Notes under the pieces: generated by a model | Database searches by the model: none | What the model was told of the DNA's origin: nothing | Seen by the model: the letters and a program-made list of their open reading frames with translations, nothing else | Origin: Schmidtea polychroa | Taxonomy: Eukaryota | Length of the DNA: 64,000 bases | Reading direction: 5' to 3' | Assembly: GCA_044892525.1 (NCBI GenBank) | Contig: CM097885.1 | Location: forward strand, 13,766,001-13,830,000 | Made by a program: the position numbers and the translations under genes | In this document: positions 25,438 to 40,976 of the stretch, piece by piece | Layout: each line of letters starts with the position of its first letter | Numbering within the stretch: the stretch's first letter is position 1

Positions 25438-26389
25438 AAAATATTTAAGTATGTAACTAAATTTTTAAATACTCAAAAGTTATCGGCGAGAGAAAAAGGT
25501 TGAGACTCGCTGCTTTAAGCTTCTATTAACAGAGTCACATTGGTAGGTTTGATAGGTAGGAAAGCTACAAAGGAGATGTGCACGATTTTATTTTTGACAA
25601 AAATATTTCTTTCGCTGCCAATTGTGAAAATTCCGGTTACATTCGTAACTGCATGAGATGTGAAAAGATAAGAGATTTGTCATGTTTCAATCATATTCAT
25701 TGTACTTTTCAGCAATCCGGCTCGCTACTAATCCAACGGTGAGGTGAAAATAGCAAAAATGAAATATTTTTATTACCATTTAAACATGAAATAAAAGCGA
25801 TAAGGCCAAATGACGGATGAATGAGAAATGTTTATATGACGAATTGTTTGTTATCGCTCTAGAATGACAGCATCAAATCAACTGCAAATTTATTAAATTA
25901 AATTTTGAAATCTTTTTTTTAATTTACTTGGTCATTTTCCTAGATTTCCCTCTAGTGCTTGATGGATCGCAATTTGCAATGGTTTACGTTATGAGTCCAT
26001 TAAAACGGTAAAAAGACATTTTATTTGCCGTAGGCACAGACTTAGAAGCTTGACAAATATGGTTTCAAATATTATTCACAGCTGCCATTGAATTTGGTGG
26101 AATTCGCTTCGTGTAGGTGGCGAGGTAAGCGATTAGGCTGACGAGATTTTTCCGCTCATTTTTCGGAAAAATTAAATTTTCAATTTAGTTTCTGATATTT
26201 TAATAAAAGGCAGCATTGGCCGAGTTATGTTCACATATTTCGTAACTTCTCTGACAATTTCATGATGAACTTCCGTCGACTGGTACTTTTGCGTCTTGTC
26301 TCTTTCGACAATATTTCAGAGTAGCAATTAATGTTAGATAACCAAAAATTTAGCAAAATCAAAGAGAAAATTTTAAAAAATATGAAAAT

Positions 26390-27520
26390 TTTGGTTGATA
26401 TTCAATTTCGGGGTGTAATTTTTATTTAAATTAAATTAATTAATTAATAATTATTGATTTTTTAATAATAATAAAAAGCAAAAAAATTGATGAAATAATT
26501 TATTAAAATGATCTGAAACCAGTTCACATAACTTTAAAAAAGAGTTACTCGAATTGATTCCACTGTTTTTAAGGATCTCCAACATCTCTCTTGCTACCTT
26601 TGTAACACCAACATTTGTCGCAAAAAAATAAACCAATAAAATTCCTTTAGAAACAGTTAGGTTTGTTTCTGGATATATTGTCTTTGCAAATATTGAAAGG
26701 CTAAAATTAGACATTTAATTTCCATATTTTAAAAAACTTTATGCCATGTCTTTCTCGGCTATTATCTTGGTACAAAGAATAGTTGTAATTATTACAGGTA
26801 GTTATAGGGCTACCAAACAAGTTTAACCCTTTGACCACTGTCGGGACATATATGTCCCAGTCAAATTAAAAAATATATATAGATGCCTTATTCTTTGTGC
26901 TATTACAACCAACGCTTGTCCCACTCGTGTTTATAGTATTTTCGACTAGTTTCGTCTATACTCGTTAATATACGTTCTACCGGCTAGCAAACGTAACATT
27001 TTATTTCATTCGTTGTCACAGTTTACAGCATGTACTTTGTGAAATAGTGGTTATAATACCTGCATTATTGTTTATTTTGGGAAGTATTTATATCAAAAGG
27101 TAAGCACATTTATTTTTTTTGTGTATATGTTTATATTTTTTTTATAAAACTGCATGCAATAATAGTTTTTGCCTTACATTTAGTTAGTTGGACATATATG
27201 TCCCGCAATCAAATTTCAAATTTGTAGCATAGGAAAAATTTGAAATCAACATTACACGTTTTAAACAAGCTTTATAGCTGATTTCTATCGTTAAAGTTAC
27301 AGAAATTTCATTTTTTAAAATTTGTCGTCAAAGGGTTAATTCAGTTGCATAAATTAATGCATTTTCTTCATTTGAAATTCTCTTCATAATTTCATATTTT
27401 AATTTTTTTGAGGTTTAATTAAATAATTATAGGAAATTATTATTAAAAAATCAATAATTATTAATTAATTTAATTTAATTAAAAATTACACCCCCCAAAA
27501 ATTAAAAATCAACCGAAATT
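26390..27520. mobile_element. Foldback-like element with long AT-rich inverted repeats, containing a nested MITE
   Basis: GGGGTGTAATTTTTATTTAAATTAAATTAATTAAT...TTATTGATTTTTTAATAATA near 26410-26470 and its reverse complement near 27438-27495. Confidence 0.65.
26827..27335. mobile_element. piggyBac-family MITE
   Basis: TTAA|CCCTTTGAC ... GTCAAAGGG|TTAA; internal palindrome GGGACATATATGTCCC. Confidence 0.88.
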
Positions 27521-28599
27521 TATTTTAAATTCTTAAATTTTTTGAAAATATTTAACAAACAACATGAAAAATATAAGATTCAATTAGAGAGAAAAATCAG
27601 TCCTATTCTAGTTGATAAATAGTTGATATTTTAGGTAGAAAATTTATCAACTATTTAAAATTGTTTTAATTAACACAAATTTTTTGCATTCGTGTGTCAT
27701 TTTTGTGAATAAAACCTTTTCTTGATCATCAAAATAAACTTGAAGTCAGTCATGTGAGGAATTCATAAACATCCGATCAGTATCGGATTCGTTTATCTCT
27801 TAAGAATGTCTCCATTTCAACAAACCGTTACTGAAATGGTTGACTGACTTTTTTTTCATTCAATCACTGAAATAACTTCGTTCTAACTTGTTTATTAATT
27901 TTTATTTAATAATCATACAAATTGATAAGCTGGTTTTATTTGTAATTCTAATAAAATCAACACGGTTTAAGCCTCTGTTTGACTTTGACATTTTCACCAT
28001 TCGAAAGTTGTGTTGATTAAAACAAAATAAATTTACAGGTAAAAAATGAATCATACAAAATTTGCAGTGAGTAACCAAACGATAAGCTTCCGTTAAAATA
28101 CAAAACAAATGTGCTCATTTATTTATTTTTAAACATTATCTCAATTTTTTATTCGGACTTTTGTTTGAATGGACTACTTATATGGAGAAATATTATTTGC
28201 GAATTTTACGCTAATTAACTAGGAAAATTATAAGATTATTTCAACATGAAATTACCGATCTGTTAAAATGATAGGAGGGGAAAAAAGCAACTGAAATCTC
28301 CTTGAATTTGATCTAGCTATCTGATCGGATCGGAAAACCAATTTTATGTAGGAAAAATTTCCGATAAATTGAATATAAAGTGACACAAAAATGTTATCAT
28401 TATGATTATTCATAATTAAATGTGTTAATATATTATTTTTTACTGATATTTTTTTAAATGAAAATTCTAAATTCTTGATAAATTTCTTTTATTTTCTTTT
28501 ATTACAAATTAAATTATAAAATACATTTAAAATAAAAATATAAAAAATGAGAGAATACATTATTGATGACGTTATTGAACATTATTGAACATGAATTTA

Positions 28600-28723
28600 T
28601 TAAGGCTATCTGTGATTTATGTGATTATGTGAGTTTATGTGGCGTAAACGTGTTCTAAGCAACAGTGCCGATGTGTTCGATACTATTATCAACGACATTG
28701 TGGTTTTCTGGCCACCTGGATGA
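28600..28723 (+). pseudogene. Merlin (IS1595-like) transposase C-terminal fragment
   Basis: LCEFMWRKRVLSNSADVFDTIINDIVVFWPPG* matches the YLxEFxWR...D.F..I...P motif. Confidence 0.6.
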
Positions 28724-29049
28724 CCATTTACAAACTCTTTACAAACATTTGCTGAGTTTGTAACTGTGATTTAGAAAATAAATATAATAATCATGTGTTC
28801 TTTTTTCATTTAATTTTTGGGGGTAAGATAACAGGGAAGTACCATTTCTTTACTACTTAAATTAATATTTTGGCGGACAATTTGTTTTGAAATAATTTGT
28901 CTTTTTGCATTGAGAAATTCACACTGTGTCTTTTGTAAAAATGTTCCTAAAAATGGTACGAATATTTACAATTGTGCATTTTTTATGTCATTAAGGTGTC
29001 TTTGACACCTTTGGCAGTTTATTGTGCAATGTGAGATCGATCTAACAAT

Positions 29050-29487
29050 CATGGGCGTCCGCAAGGGGAGCGAGGGGGTGGGCACTTGCCTCCCCTGAAT
29101 TTCCCAAACCATTCTATTTTTCGATTAATTTAAACACATTTTAATAGATGCGCTCAAACAATGTTGGAAAAACCCAAGACAAAAAAAGTTAATAAAAAAT
29201 TTAATTTAAAGAGGCTTCCTGTTTTTTTAATATTATTAATTATATCTGGAAATCAATGATTTCAAACCATCTTATTTGTATAAGAACTTTCAATATTAAC
29301 TGACGTTCTGGTTTTAAAAAAAGTGTTCTATTTTGTAAATAAACGAAAAAAAGTCCTATTTTGTATAATGCCCCAAATATTTATTATACACATGCATTTT
29401 TTCAACTCTCTTCCCCCTAGAAAAATTGTCTTCTTGGTAAAAAAATATTTTTATCTCCTCTTGGAAAAATTCCTGCTGACGCCCATG
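29050..29487 (+). mobile_element. hAT MITE
   Basis: 8-bp TSD CTAACAAT; TIR CATGGGCGTCCGCA / TGCTGACGCCCATG. Confidence 0.92.
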
Positions 29488-30576
29488 CTAACAATGAATT
29501 TATCTTTAATATAAATTTGAATACTATTCATTAATTGTAAGAAAGCTCCACTCAAACATTCGTTTTACAATATATTTCGACAGTTTCCGTGTTATTGTCA
29601 GGTAGGATAGAATTATAGATTTTTATACAAATTTATTAATTATATCTTTTTTAATAAAAATATTTTTTTCAATTATAATAATTAGAATTTAAATAATAAA
29701 TCATGTTTAATTTGTAGCATAAAATAGGAGATTTTAAAATAACGGAATTTAAAATTTTTTAAATTTAATAATTATTTAATTTAACAACAATATACATAAC
29801 TATTTAAAACACAAGTGTTCACTGCATTTTGCACATTAATTTTCGGATTCAATGGCTTAATCAATAACGCTTCACATATTACACGTTTTCAAAATCATAC
29901 ATACCTATTTTTCTCTTACAGCTCCTATCGTGTCCACTAATATTTAAGTATTCATTTTCCTTTCAGAAACATCCCTCGTAACAAAACTGAAAGTTTTCAT
30001 GATTTAAAGGCGAAAAGTTTTTCAACAGAATATGAAAATAATAATTGTAGTAGTCATGAAAATTACGAACCATCCACAATATTGAAACCTAATCAAAGAA
30101 AGCACCATTCAACAAACAATCTCGTGTCTTTAGTAAAGAATATGAATTTGAGCCTCAAAAAAGATGCAAAACTATGACAACAGTTTTGAGATGATGGAAT
30201 TCAATTACAAACACCTTTAAAACCAGGAATATACTAAGTCGGTTTCAAGGAAGCTTGAAACATGAAGTGTAGAATGTAAGAAACACTGAAGAAAGAATTT
30301 TAATGGGAAAATGAGATAGAAGAAAATGTCAAGTGATTGTGTTAAAGAATGATTAAAGGAGAAGTTAAATTGGCAAATTCTCAATATTCAGTGTGGCATA
30401 GTCAAATAATTATTACCAACACAACTGCCGTCAACATTGATAAGCAAAATGGTATTGTTACGTCACTAAATTTATGTTTTTAGTTCGTTCTAATGTACGA
30501 AATGCTTTTTATTCGGATTTGTTTTTAAAATATATTTTATGAAAATAAAAATTAATTAATTCCCCTCATTACAGGG

Positions 30577-30690
30577 TTATTCTAAAATATATTTAAAATT
30601 ATCTAGAAATATATTTAAAATTATCTAACAATATATATTTAAAATTATTCAACAATATATTTAAAATTATCCAACAATATATTTAAAATT
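30577..30690. repeat. Minisatellite, ~21-23-bp unit x5
   Basis: TTATCTAGAAATATATTTAAAA-like units in tandem. Confidence 0.8.
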
Positions 30691-30817
30691 TTTAAAATAG
30701 TAAGGAAATATTTTTATTACCTTTAAAAAACACTTTGTCAGCCATATAATTAAAAATCGATGTTGTAAGAAATAAATTATTTATTTTATAGGATTTAAAA
30801 ATTATTTTTTTATATCC

Positions 30818-31075
30818 ATGTTTAGTGACGAATACGATTTTTTTGAAAACGATTTAAAGGAAAATTCCGCACCGAATTCCAGAAAAAAGCGAGGCACCAT
30901 AACTCTTGACATGCTTAAGAGCATAAGAAAATATTTAGAGAAGAATATTTATGTAAAAGAAATCGCTGAAAGCCAGAAAATTACCTTGCAATGTGCATAT
31001 AATATCATTAAAAATTTATGATAATATGAGTGACGAGGAAATACTTCAAAAGAAAAAAGGACGAAAGAAATAAAA
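30818..31075 (+). pseudogene. Possible transposase HTH N-terminal fragment
   Basis: VKEIAESQKITLQCAYNIIK HTH-like segment followed, after a frameshift, by KKKGRKK. Confidence 0.4.
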
Positions 31076-32802
31076 TAAAACTGAAGTTAAAAATCCAATA
31101 TCCCAGTTTTTGCTACGTGATAGATTTATATTTAAATTAATTTATCAAATTAGAAATATAATAATTAATGAAAAGGAAAAGTTTTTTTACTCCTTTTTTG
31201 ACCGTCCCCACCCAGTTCACTTGTCCAATCAAACTGGTCCGACAAAAACAGATATTACACCCGAATGAATTGTTAAAATGTTTTATTGATTTGCATTGCT
31301 GATGTGTAGACATATATAATACACCCGTTGGTAATGAATAAACACACCTATAATACTTGTTGGTGTGTACAACCAATTATAGATGACGCATCATTTGTTG
31401 TAAACTTAGAAACTGTATTTAATTTATTTTAGCCATTTTAGAAATGGTTTTCAAGTAATTTTTTTTAATTTAAAGTAAACTTTAAGGCTTGGATTTCGAA
31501 CAATATAGATAAGCTCTTAAATATAACTTTTCCCCAACATTTTTATTATAAATTATTTATAATTAATTTTTACACAATTTTTTAGATATTTATTAATAAA
31601 AATTTGAATTTATTTTAATACAATATGAGTTCTATTATTTTTAAATTAATTAATTGACAAATATAATTTATTGATCTCCAAAAAAATCTATTTTTATAAC
31701 ATTTATAGAAAAGGTGAATGTGTTCAAAATAGTTTTCCAAATTTTTATAATCATCTTTTTTCAGCTCAGGTTAATGCTAAGGTTAATGCTAGATTTATAT
31801 GCAGAAGGTTTGATAATAGTTGGAACTTTGAAGAAAAAAAAAGAATAAATGTCTAAATCTTGTTATCATATAAATTATGGTAACACCAATTTATTAATAT
31901 GTAACAAAAAATCTTCATGTTCATCAATAGAATTTGATGAGCCAGGTAAAAGGCTTCTTGAAATTTGACATTTATGTCGGTGATCAAGTATGTGCTAATT
32001 ATAGTATCTGTAGGGGGCAGCAAGATGGTCATTTTCACTATTTCATGGGTTGTTTAATTTAAACGATCAACGCATATGTATTACGTAAATAAGTGAGAAA
32101 TATGAAAAATTAGATTTTTGGTGTAATCTTTCCAAAATCCCCTATTATCGTAATAAAGAGATATGGTGAAGTTTGTGGAGTCCAGACCATGGTAAATATA
32201 TGTGTATTATGTTTAATGTAAATAAGTTTATGAAATCACTTGAATATTTGTTTATTTTAATACGATTTTATTTTGTGTATCATATGACATGTCGCCAGTA
32301 CTGGTATGGTATTAAACTTGAGGGTGCTGAAGGGCTAAATTTTCTGACTCACCATAAATATATGTTTCGTATCCTTGCTTCTGTGTTCCAAATATATTTT
32401 GATTATACCGCGTAATTTATATTCAACAATTTTTGCAAAAACAATGGGAAGATGTTTGAGTATATTTGAGTAAAAACAGTAAATTTCATTAAATGAAGCC
32501 CACTTTAAAATTGCCTTTTCAGACCACTTTGCAAGAAAAACAAGAAATTTTATCATTTAATCTTAAGTACAGAGCTTAATTAGTAACAGAAGCACAAATA
32601 TCATTTTAATATTTTTACTCTCTGGGAAATATTATAAAAATTTAATTTGTTAAGCAAATATTTTCAGGGGAAAATTTGTAACCTCAAAGTATAAAAGGTC
32701 ATTCTTAGTTTACTTGGAGGCTAAATAATTACTGGACTTAGTGGATTATTACTTTTATCATTATTTCTAGTGTTAACCACGTCAATTTATAACATATTTT
32801 AA

Positions 32803-33356
32803 CCCTTTCAACACTATAGGGACATATTGTCCCAGAGAATTTCTAATAATTACTAAAATAATTTAAATGCTTACAAATGCATTGGGATCTGGGAATTTAG
32901 AACTGTACGGTCATAGGCTCGTAAACAAGTTCAAACCTGTCTGCTTTTTTTCTTTTCTATAAAATGTTGTCAATCTAAATGTTGCTAACAAACCGTAGAC
33001 ATGTGTCATGTTTATTAGTAACTGTGTTTTTATATGTGCTGTGCTCGGAATTGCCAAGTAAGCTATTCATAATTTTATTTTATTTATTTAGTGTGCAGCA
33101 ATAGTTTTTATGAGTTTTTTTATTTCCAAAAATAAAAACGGAACTTATATGTCCCAATAGTGTTAATTATTGGGATATTATGCCCCACCAGTATTAAATA
33201 ACCTATATATTCAAAATTTTCTTTTTAGAATGAATAAACCTTTGTCAGATCATTTATTTAAATATTTGTTTTTTCCGTCAAACTAAATTAGCAATAAATA
33301 TTTTGTGCTATAAATATTATATGAATTATTAAAATAAAAAAATCGTATTGAAAGAG
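32803..33356. mobile_element. piggyBac-family MITE related to 26827-27335
   Basis: TTAA|CCCTTTCAA ... TTGAAAGAG|TTAA; GGGACATATTGTCCC palindrome. Confidence 0.8.
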
Positions 33357-35377
33357 TTAATAAGGATTGTTAATAAGTTGTCATATTATCTTTCATATCT
33401 TAATTATTTAAACAAATTTTTGAGAGATTAAATATATAATTTTTATCAGCAAATATTACAAAATTTATATCAAACATGTATTTAATTATAAAAATAAAAA
33501 ATATGTAAACTAAATTGTAATCAAATTTTTTATTTTTTAAAATTTTACAATATTTTTAATTTAAAAATTATCATCTGACATTGACGATTTTTGGTGCATG
33601 ATGAACTTTTGTAACAGATTCTTTGGGATATGCAAGTTTAATACAGTATTATGAAAGATACAAATGTCCCGTGTTAGGGTGAGGGATTTATCAGATGTTA
33701 TGTAATCAATTATCTGAAAGTGTAAGTGCAACCAGGAGATAAAATATTTGAAGTTAGATATAAGAAAAACAAAGGCAATTTATGGATAGTGAAATGACAG
33801 GTGCATTTCCATAGCTTTAGATGAAGGCAAATTTATGTGTTAATGGATTTTCAACATCTCTATTTGTTGAATCTGGATTAAGTAGGGATAATTATTTGGT
33901 CTCGGAGGCTCGTAATCACCTAAGTCAGTGTCATAGCTCGTTAATTGGCCCCCGGAGAGAGTAACGGTTGTTGTCCATTCATATACCAGATTGTCATTTG
34001 GCGAATGTTTATTTTAGATATTGTTATATTGAAATTATTTCAAAATAACAAACTGGAATGAAAGCTGATTGAAATATAAATATAAAACTGTAATCATTAA
34101 TAGAATTGATAGCAAACGTGAATAAAACGGAAATACAGTTAAGAAAAAGTGCATAATTAGATGTGAAATTTTTTCAATTTGTATTTGGAAAACGGGTAAG
34201 GGATAAATTAGATAACGACTTACAAAATGGTAAAATTGAATTTTTCGTAAGACGTTCAGAACGGTTCAAAAAGCAATGACGCGTATAAAAAAATACCTAA
34301 TTAATTAATTAAGGAAAATGCAAGTTGGGTAAACAACAAGAAAAATCAACAAAATGGATCTCGAGGAGACATTATCATGACAACATAATCAATGGTAGTC
34401 AAAGGCGGGGAAATTAACCAATGGTAAAACCCAAACCAAATCATAAGTTATTTTTTATTATTTTTATTATTTTTGATGACAACCAAAAGAATAATATGAG
34501 TAAGAATGTGACAATATTAGAAAGAAATAATTTATTTAATTATTAATAAGAGTATCAAAGATGACTGTAACTTAGGAAATTCATCATTTTCCCTCAGATT
34601 AGGACAAAAAAATTGAATTTAGGACTAAAGGGGTAAACGTTAGAAAGATTAAAACGGGGAATATTAGAAAATTTAAGACATTTTTAGAAGGGAAATAAGT
34701 GATCAAATCAGTCTCCAAGGACTTGGAACATTTAATTATTATTTCATTGTGTGGGGTCTTAACATTCTGTGCCCGTAGAGGCTTTATTATTAGTTATTAA
34801 CCATTGCTGTTGAAACGGTTCAATTGTATATAATATTAATATATGACGAAAGTTGTTATTTAATTATCATCAAGGAAATTATTTTAGAGCCAAGAAGTAG
34901 ATACCGAATGTGGTTCATTTATTTCATTGAAACCCAACAATTTACTGTCAACTTTATTTTAACCTCTAAAAATTCTCTAAAATTAATTTGAACACGAAGA
35001 ACGCAAAAGTATTTATATGTGGAGTTGACTATATTGTTTTTAATTTTATGATACTTCTTACTTTTCTAAGATGATATTTGTATCAGTTTCCGCGTTTTTT
35101 GGATAGAAAGTGGCGAAGAAAAATTATCAAAATTACTAAAAAAATATATAAAATCTTTTTACCATTAAAATAATTTGTTTGAAATGGTAATTTTTAGCTA
35201 TGAGTGAACTTTTTTTAAACTTTTTTTACGCCATTTGTCTTTATTTTATCAATTAAAGTAATATTGCTTTGAAGCCAAAAATATTGCAATCAAACATTAA
35301 AAATAAGAATTACACAAAACTTTATTTAGTAAGAGTCAATTTATTACAATTTATTACAGTAAATAATGTTCAAGTAC

Positions 35378-35918
<541 letters not shown>

Positions 35919-38328
35919 AATCCATTCTATAATATTTAATTTTTATTTTTCATTTCTTTTTCGCGTGAGTGACTTTAGCATATGGGAGGGTATTGACGTC
36001 ATAGACCGATGTGGGTCGAGGCAGAGATTTCTGAGGACCCGTAGTTTTTTTCAGTATTATCAGTAAGCCCAACTTGGGCTTACCAAGTTTGTCCTACGCT
36101 ATCACACTTTAGATCAATAACTTTAAATATGCATCGGTCATATAGACTAAGTTCGACACCTAGAGAGGTCAGGCCACGAGTCGATCCATGTGGTAGGAAA
36201 TAATCACTTATCTAAAGGATCTGTAAATATGTGCTTTAATTAACTATTATTATAGATCTAAATTACTGTAAGTATTGGTGAGTCGCAGGTAATCTACATT
36301 TTACCAGTTTAAGATATTGCATTTAAGATACTTATCATCTAAAACCTCAATTATTTTTTTATAAGATGATACAAAAATAAAGCGGTTACACAGATATATA
36401 AACATATAAATATAAAAGTGTTTTTATTGCTTGTTATTCTTGCGCGTGGTATTTTCTTTGCTTATAAGATGGCATTGTTTACGTTTACGACAGATTTATA
36501 GTAATTTTTGATTGGTCACTCATTGTGGGCAAGTATTTTTTGTCAGTGTTCTGTGTAAAAAAATCATGTAAATGGTGTTCCGAGCTCTTATATTATTTGA
36601 GAACCACTGTCATATACAATAATTCATAATTCATTAAATTATGTAATTCATAAATATATATATATATATATCATTATTGATCATGCCGTAATTTTCAACT
36701 ATTAATAACAAATAAAAAACAATTCATTTGTTACTCAACCCTGTCGCGACGAGGAGACTCGTGACTGCTGATAGAAAGATTTTTGATCGTTGTTCGTAAG
36801 TCAAAAATTAAGTTATGTATTTGCTTCTATTAAATCAACTAATCTGGGTTAAAACAAGATCTCTGTAATTTAATGGGAAGAGTTTACCAATTAATATTCT
36901 GGAACAAAAATATGATATTTAGCTAACATGATTATGTTATGTATATTTATTATAAGATACTCTAGAATAATTTACATGGTTAAACATTAGGATTTCAAAT
37001 TTAAAGCAACAATTTGGATTGTTTGTTTCATCGACACATTCAGACTCACCACGTTCATGCACATTAAATTAAGAAAAAACGAAAATTTTATTAATATATA
37101 AACGGAACCACATGCATTCTAAGTCTAATTAGTTGGCGGGCTTCGCCCAGAACCTCGCTTCCACTGACGTTCCCTCACGTCTCCATGAGACTAAGTATTT
37201 ACAAAAGTTAATCAACACACTGCAAAACAGATTGCGTCTCAGTTCTATCAAATTGAATGTTCCTCATCATCAGGGTAATTAGATGGATTTTCTTGTCATC
37301 TAACCCGGTATACTTCTCAAATCATCTACAGAAGTTCAACTTACTGTTCAACCAAATATCAGTCATCTAGTTCACCGACGTCGAGTTGTTCAAGGGTTTT
37401 AGCGTGAATACCAATTGTCACCAAGATACTACCTGTACAAATACACTGTGGATATTTCTTTTACTTGCTAATCACCTCGACTACAGTATTTTATTGTGTG
37501 GATTTTATCATAATTCAACACACCTACATCAGCGGTCAGCAAACTCATTTGTTAAAAGAGCCAAATATCAGAAGCACCACAATTAATTTTTTCTGGAGAG
37601 CCTTAGCTACGAACTAGGTAAATTTAAGAAGGTCTACCCCTTCGCACTCACATAATTTTTTATATCTAATAGTTACAGACACCATTAAATTACAACTGTG
37701 TTACTGACTGATTCTTAGTTAAAATTAACTCTTGCAATATGAAATTATTTCCTATCATAAAATATCTTTTTACTAATGGAAAAAATTAAACTTTGTTTAT
37801 TAAAACAAAAATTATTTAATTTAAAATTAAATTAATTTTGATACCAAATCTTACAACAGTTGATAAAATTTTAATTAATATTAGAAAATAATTTTTTTGG
37901 AATAATTTAATATGTAAACAATATGTGAATAATTTTTGTGGTTACTAAATATGGTGAAACATGTGATATTTATGGTGCTACTGTATGGAAAGTATTTGTA
38001 ACACAGAGATTACTGAATAATAAATTCAAATCTACTTTATTATAAGAACTTTTTTCAAATTTCACCACTGATTTTTTTTCAATTGACATTGGTATTTATT
38101 AAAAATCTCGACTATGAATCAGTAAATATATCGATGTTTTTTAATAAATACAATATCTATTTTAGTCAATTAATTTTTTATTAATTAAATTTGTTTAAAG
38201 AGTTTAAATAATGTAAAAGATGATTCCTACAATAAATTAAAAGTTTTTCTGTACGCATAGTTTAAAAAATATTAAATGTATTTCTTTAAATTTGAGTTAA
38301 AACACATTTGGAAAAAAGTATTCTTTTT

Positions 38329-38400
<72 letters not shown>

Positions 38401-39065
38401 CAAACAAGAAATGTGAATAATAAATTAAATAAAACAATTATTTCTGATTCTGGTGACAACTTTCCTGATGTAGTACTTCTTTCTGAATCTTTCTGAATCT
38501 GGCGATAGCGTTCATGATGTAATAATTATTTTTGATGATAATCTTTCTGATATACCACTTGTTAATCAATTTGGTGGCCCGATTGCTCCTATTGTTACTT
38601 TCAATTTAAACAAATCACATGTCATTGTTATGATGAATGTTTCACATTTAAAGTTGCAATCTGTTGACGTGTACCAATCCTTTAATTAATTAATTAAATA
38701 ATGTTATATTTGAAATGGTATCAATTAAGATGCAATTTTGTATCGGTGTAGAGTTGGAAAAAGATGGATAATTTCAAACTTTCATCATTTCAAACTCTGT
38801 ACCACCTATGATAAATACCTTTTTAAATGAAGGTATTTCTCTTCTTAACGGAAAAATTACATTAATTAGTAACTGGGTTATCAATAAAATAAAAGAAATC
38901 CATTTTGTTGTAACCAATTTCACTCAGATAAATCCTTTCGTTTTTTATACTGGATTGGAAGCTGTTTTCCTGCAGACAATGTTCACTTCCAAAGGCGCTT
39001 ACCGATCTCTGCAGGTTTACTTTAATTAATAATTTTAATTAATAATTGACGTATCTGATTATATA

Positions 39066-39520
39066 GTGATTATACAAGAAAGATTACAGTCGACATGGAC
39101 TCAAGCCGGATTTAAAATAAGATATCATCAAGAAGCGTATAAAGAGTGTTATGATATTAAAGCTGGATATTGTGTATATATAAATAAACCAGAGCTGACG
39201 AAAGGCCTATCTACGAAACTACAACGATCATTCAAAGGACCGTATCTAGTGTGTGGACAACAGAAAGCAATTTAAAATTACGCCCACAAAATAATAAAAG
39301 GGCCGGAACAATTATTGTTTATGTAAATCAGTGTAAGAAAGTACCAGTAGGGGAAGAAATACGATATCCATTGAGATCAAAACAAAATAAATTGGAAGAG
39401 AGAGTAATTAACTAAAGATTCACCTAAAACACAGCACTCTTAAGCTATATCAATAAAATATTGTTAATAACAAAGATAATGATAATCAATGTTTTGAGTA
39501 CATTAGCAATAAATTGCCAT
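39066..39520 (+). pseudogene. Degenerate Gypsy integrase C-terminus related to the 42560 element
   Basis: ERLQSTWTQAGFKIRYHQE, KGLSTKLQRSFKGPY and RYPLRSK align to ERMQEAWEKAGLNIRYNQE, KGLSPKLMRNYKGPY and RYPLRSR. Confidence 0.8.
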
Positions 39521-40035
39521 AACCGATGGAGTAACTTGCCTTAAACCCTTACTTCAATGAAAAATATCGAAATATATATTAAAAATATTCATTCATGTGA
39601 AAATCTTATTTTATGAATTTTATTATAATTTATATTATTTTTAAAATATTTTCCAACTATAGAAATATTGTGATTTAATTTTATTAATTATATTAATTCT
39701 GATAAAACACATTCCAAAAAATGGATTTCTGTAATTCTGAGAATATGAATGCTTTAACTTCACTTATATACATTAATAATTAATCTAAAATGCTATTTGC
39801 AAAATTATCCATACATTAAAAATTTAATATTCCATTAATAAATAATTTAGAAATCATACAAGATAATAAATGTCAGTCGTATTCGATTTATTATAAACTT
39901 CTGCACTGCCCTTTGGTTATAATTCGAATGTTGAGATGTTTACCGCCATTCAATTGATCAAATTACAATTTGGTTAATCTAAACAACTTTAAGTAGTAGT
40001 ATTTGTACACCTGTACATAAGTTGATTTGTATACA

Positions 40036-40976
40036 ATGGTTGCGATTAAAGTATGGTATTGAATTATTTTAATCCAAATATTTAATTGCTCCATTTTGAA
40101 TAGATTGGCATAATTGGTTGCATAGGATTATCCAAATTGTATATTTTCAAAAACGTTCTTAATAATGATATAACCATACCATTTGGTAATCTCTCAGGCA
40201 CTCTACAGCAGGGATTTATTCTTGACAAGCATTGTGTTCTCGTCAATAGACATGATCAAAACCACAGAATAAACCCTACGAATATTAACTATCGAGCTAA
40301 TTTGTGTGCATTGAAAAGCCTTAAATGTATTATTCCAATCATAAGTTGCGGTGGTTTACATAGTCATACAAAACCTGGAGATTTTGTAGTTTTTTGACAG
40401 AACAAATAAAAGAATTCAAACTTTCTATGATGGACAACCGAATCATCAAAAGGTCTTCTTCACATTCCAATGAGTGAGCCGTTTTGTGTGAGGGAACCCG
40501 TCAGGTATTAAAAATTTCATTTGACATATTTTTTTTTCAATGATTTTTAGATATTGATAAAAGTTGCTGCTCAAATTAGGCGAGGAAGTCCATAAATCTG
40601 GAACATTTGTTACCATAGAAGGATCACGGTTTTCTTCGAAATTCGAGTCGAAGTTTTGGAATTAATTGGGAGCTTCTGTTATCAATGTGACTACTATTCC
40701 CAAAGTGATTCTTGCCAAAAAATTATGCTTATATTATGCATCTTTGGCTATGGTGACTGATTACGACAGCCGGTTGGATAATGAGAATTCGGTAAATGTT
40801 CTAAAAGTTGCTAGTGTCATGAAATCCAATATCTAATGTATGAAAAGATTATTATTGAATTTTTTAAGTGACGAAGATTGGTTTGAAAATCTGAATAGAA
40901 ATAATGTAAATGATTTTTAATTTATTCGAGTGTTAATGTTACAATTATTTAGGATCTTCACGACTCTAATTTTTAA
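40036..40976 (+). pseudogene. MTAP: S-methyl-5'-thioadenosine phosphorylase pseudogene with introns
   Basis: MVAIK|IGIIG, PFG, RH...INYRANLCALK, PGDFV, DRT...FYDG, HIPMSEPFC, VTIEGSRFSS, LAMVTDYD; GT-AG introns at 40051-40103, ~40505-40550, ~40906-40952; frameshifts and in-frame stops. Confidence 0.92.

Noticed and set aside
24430..26330. Possible additional hAT transposase fragments (24430-24760 plus; 25940-26330 minus)
   Set aside because: Too degenerate to support with recognisable motifs
33580..35250. Possible decayed coding or Merlin-like sequence
   Set aside because: Only weak DES...YHQG...WF resemblance; cannot be supported by eye
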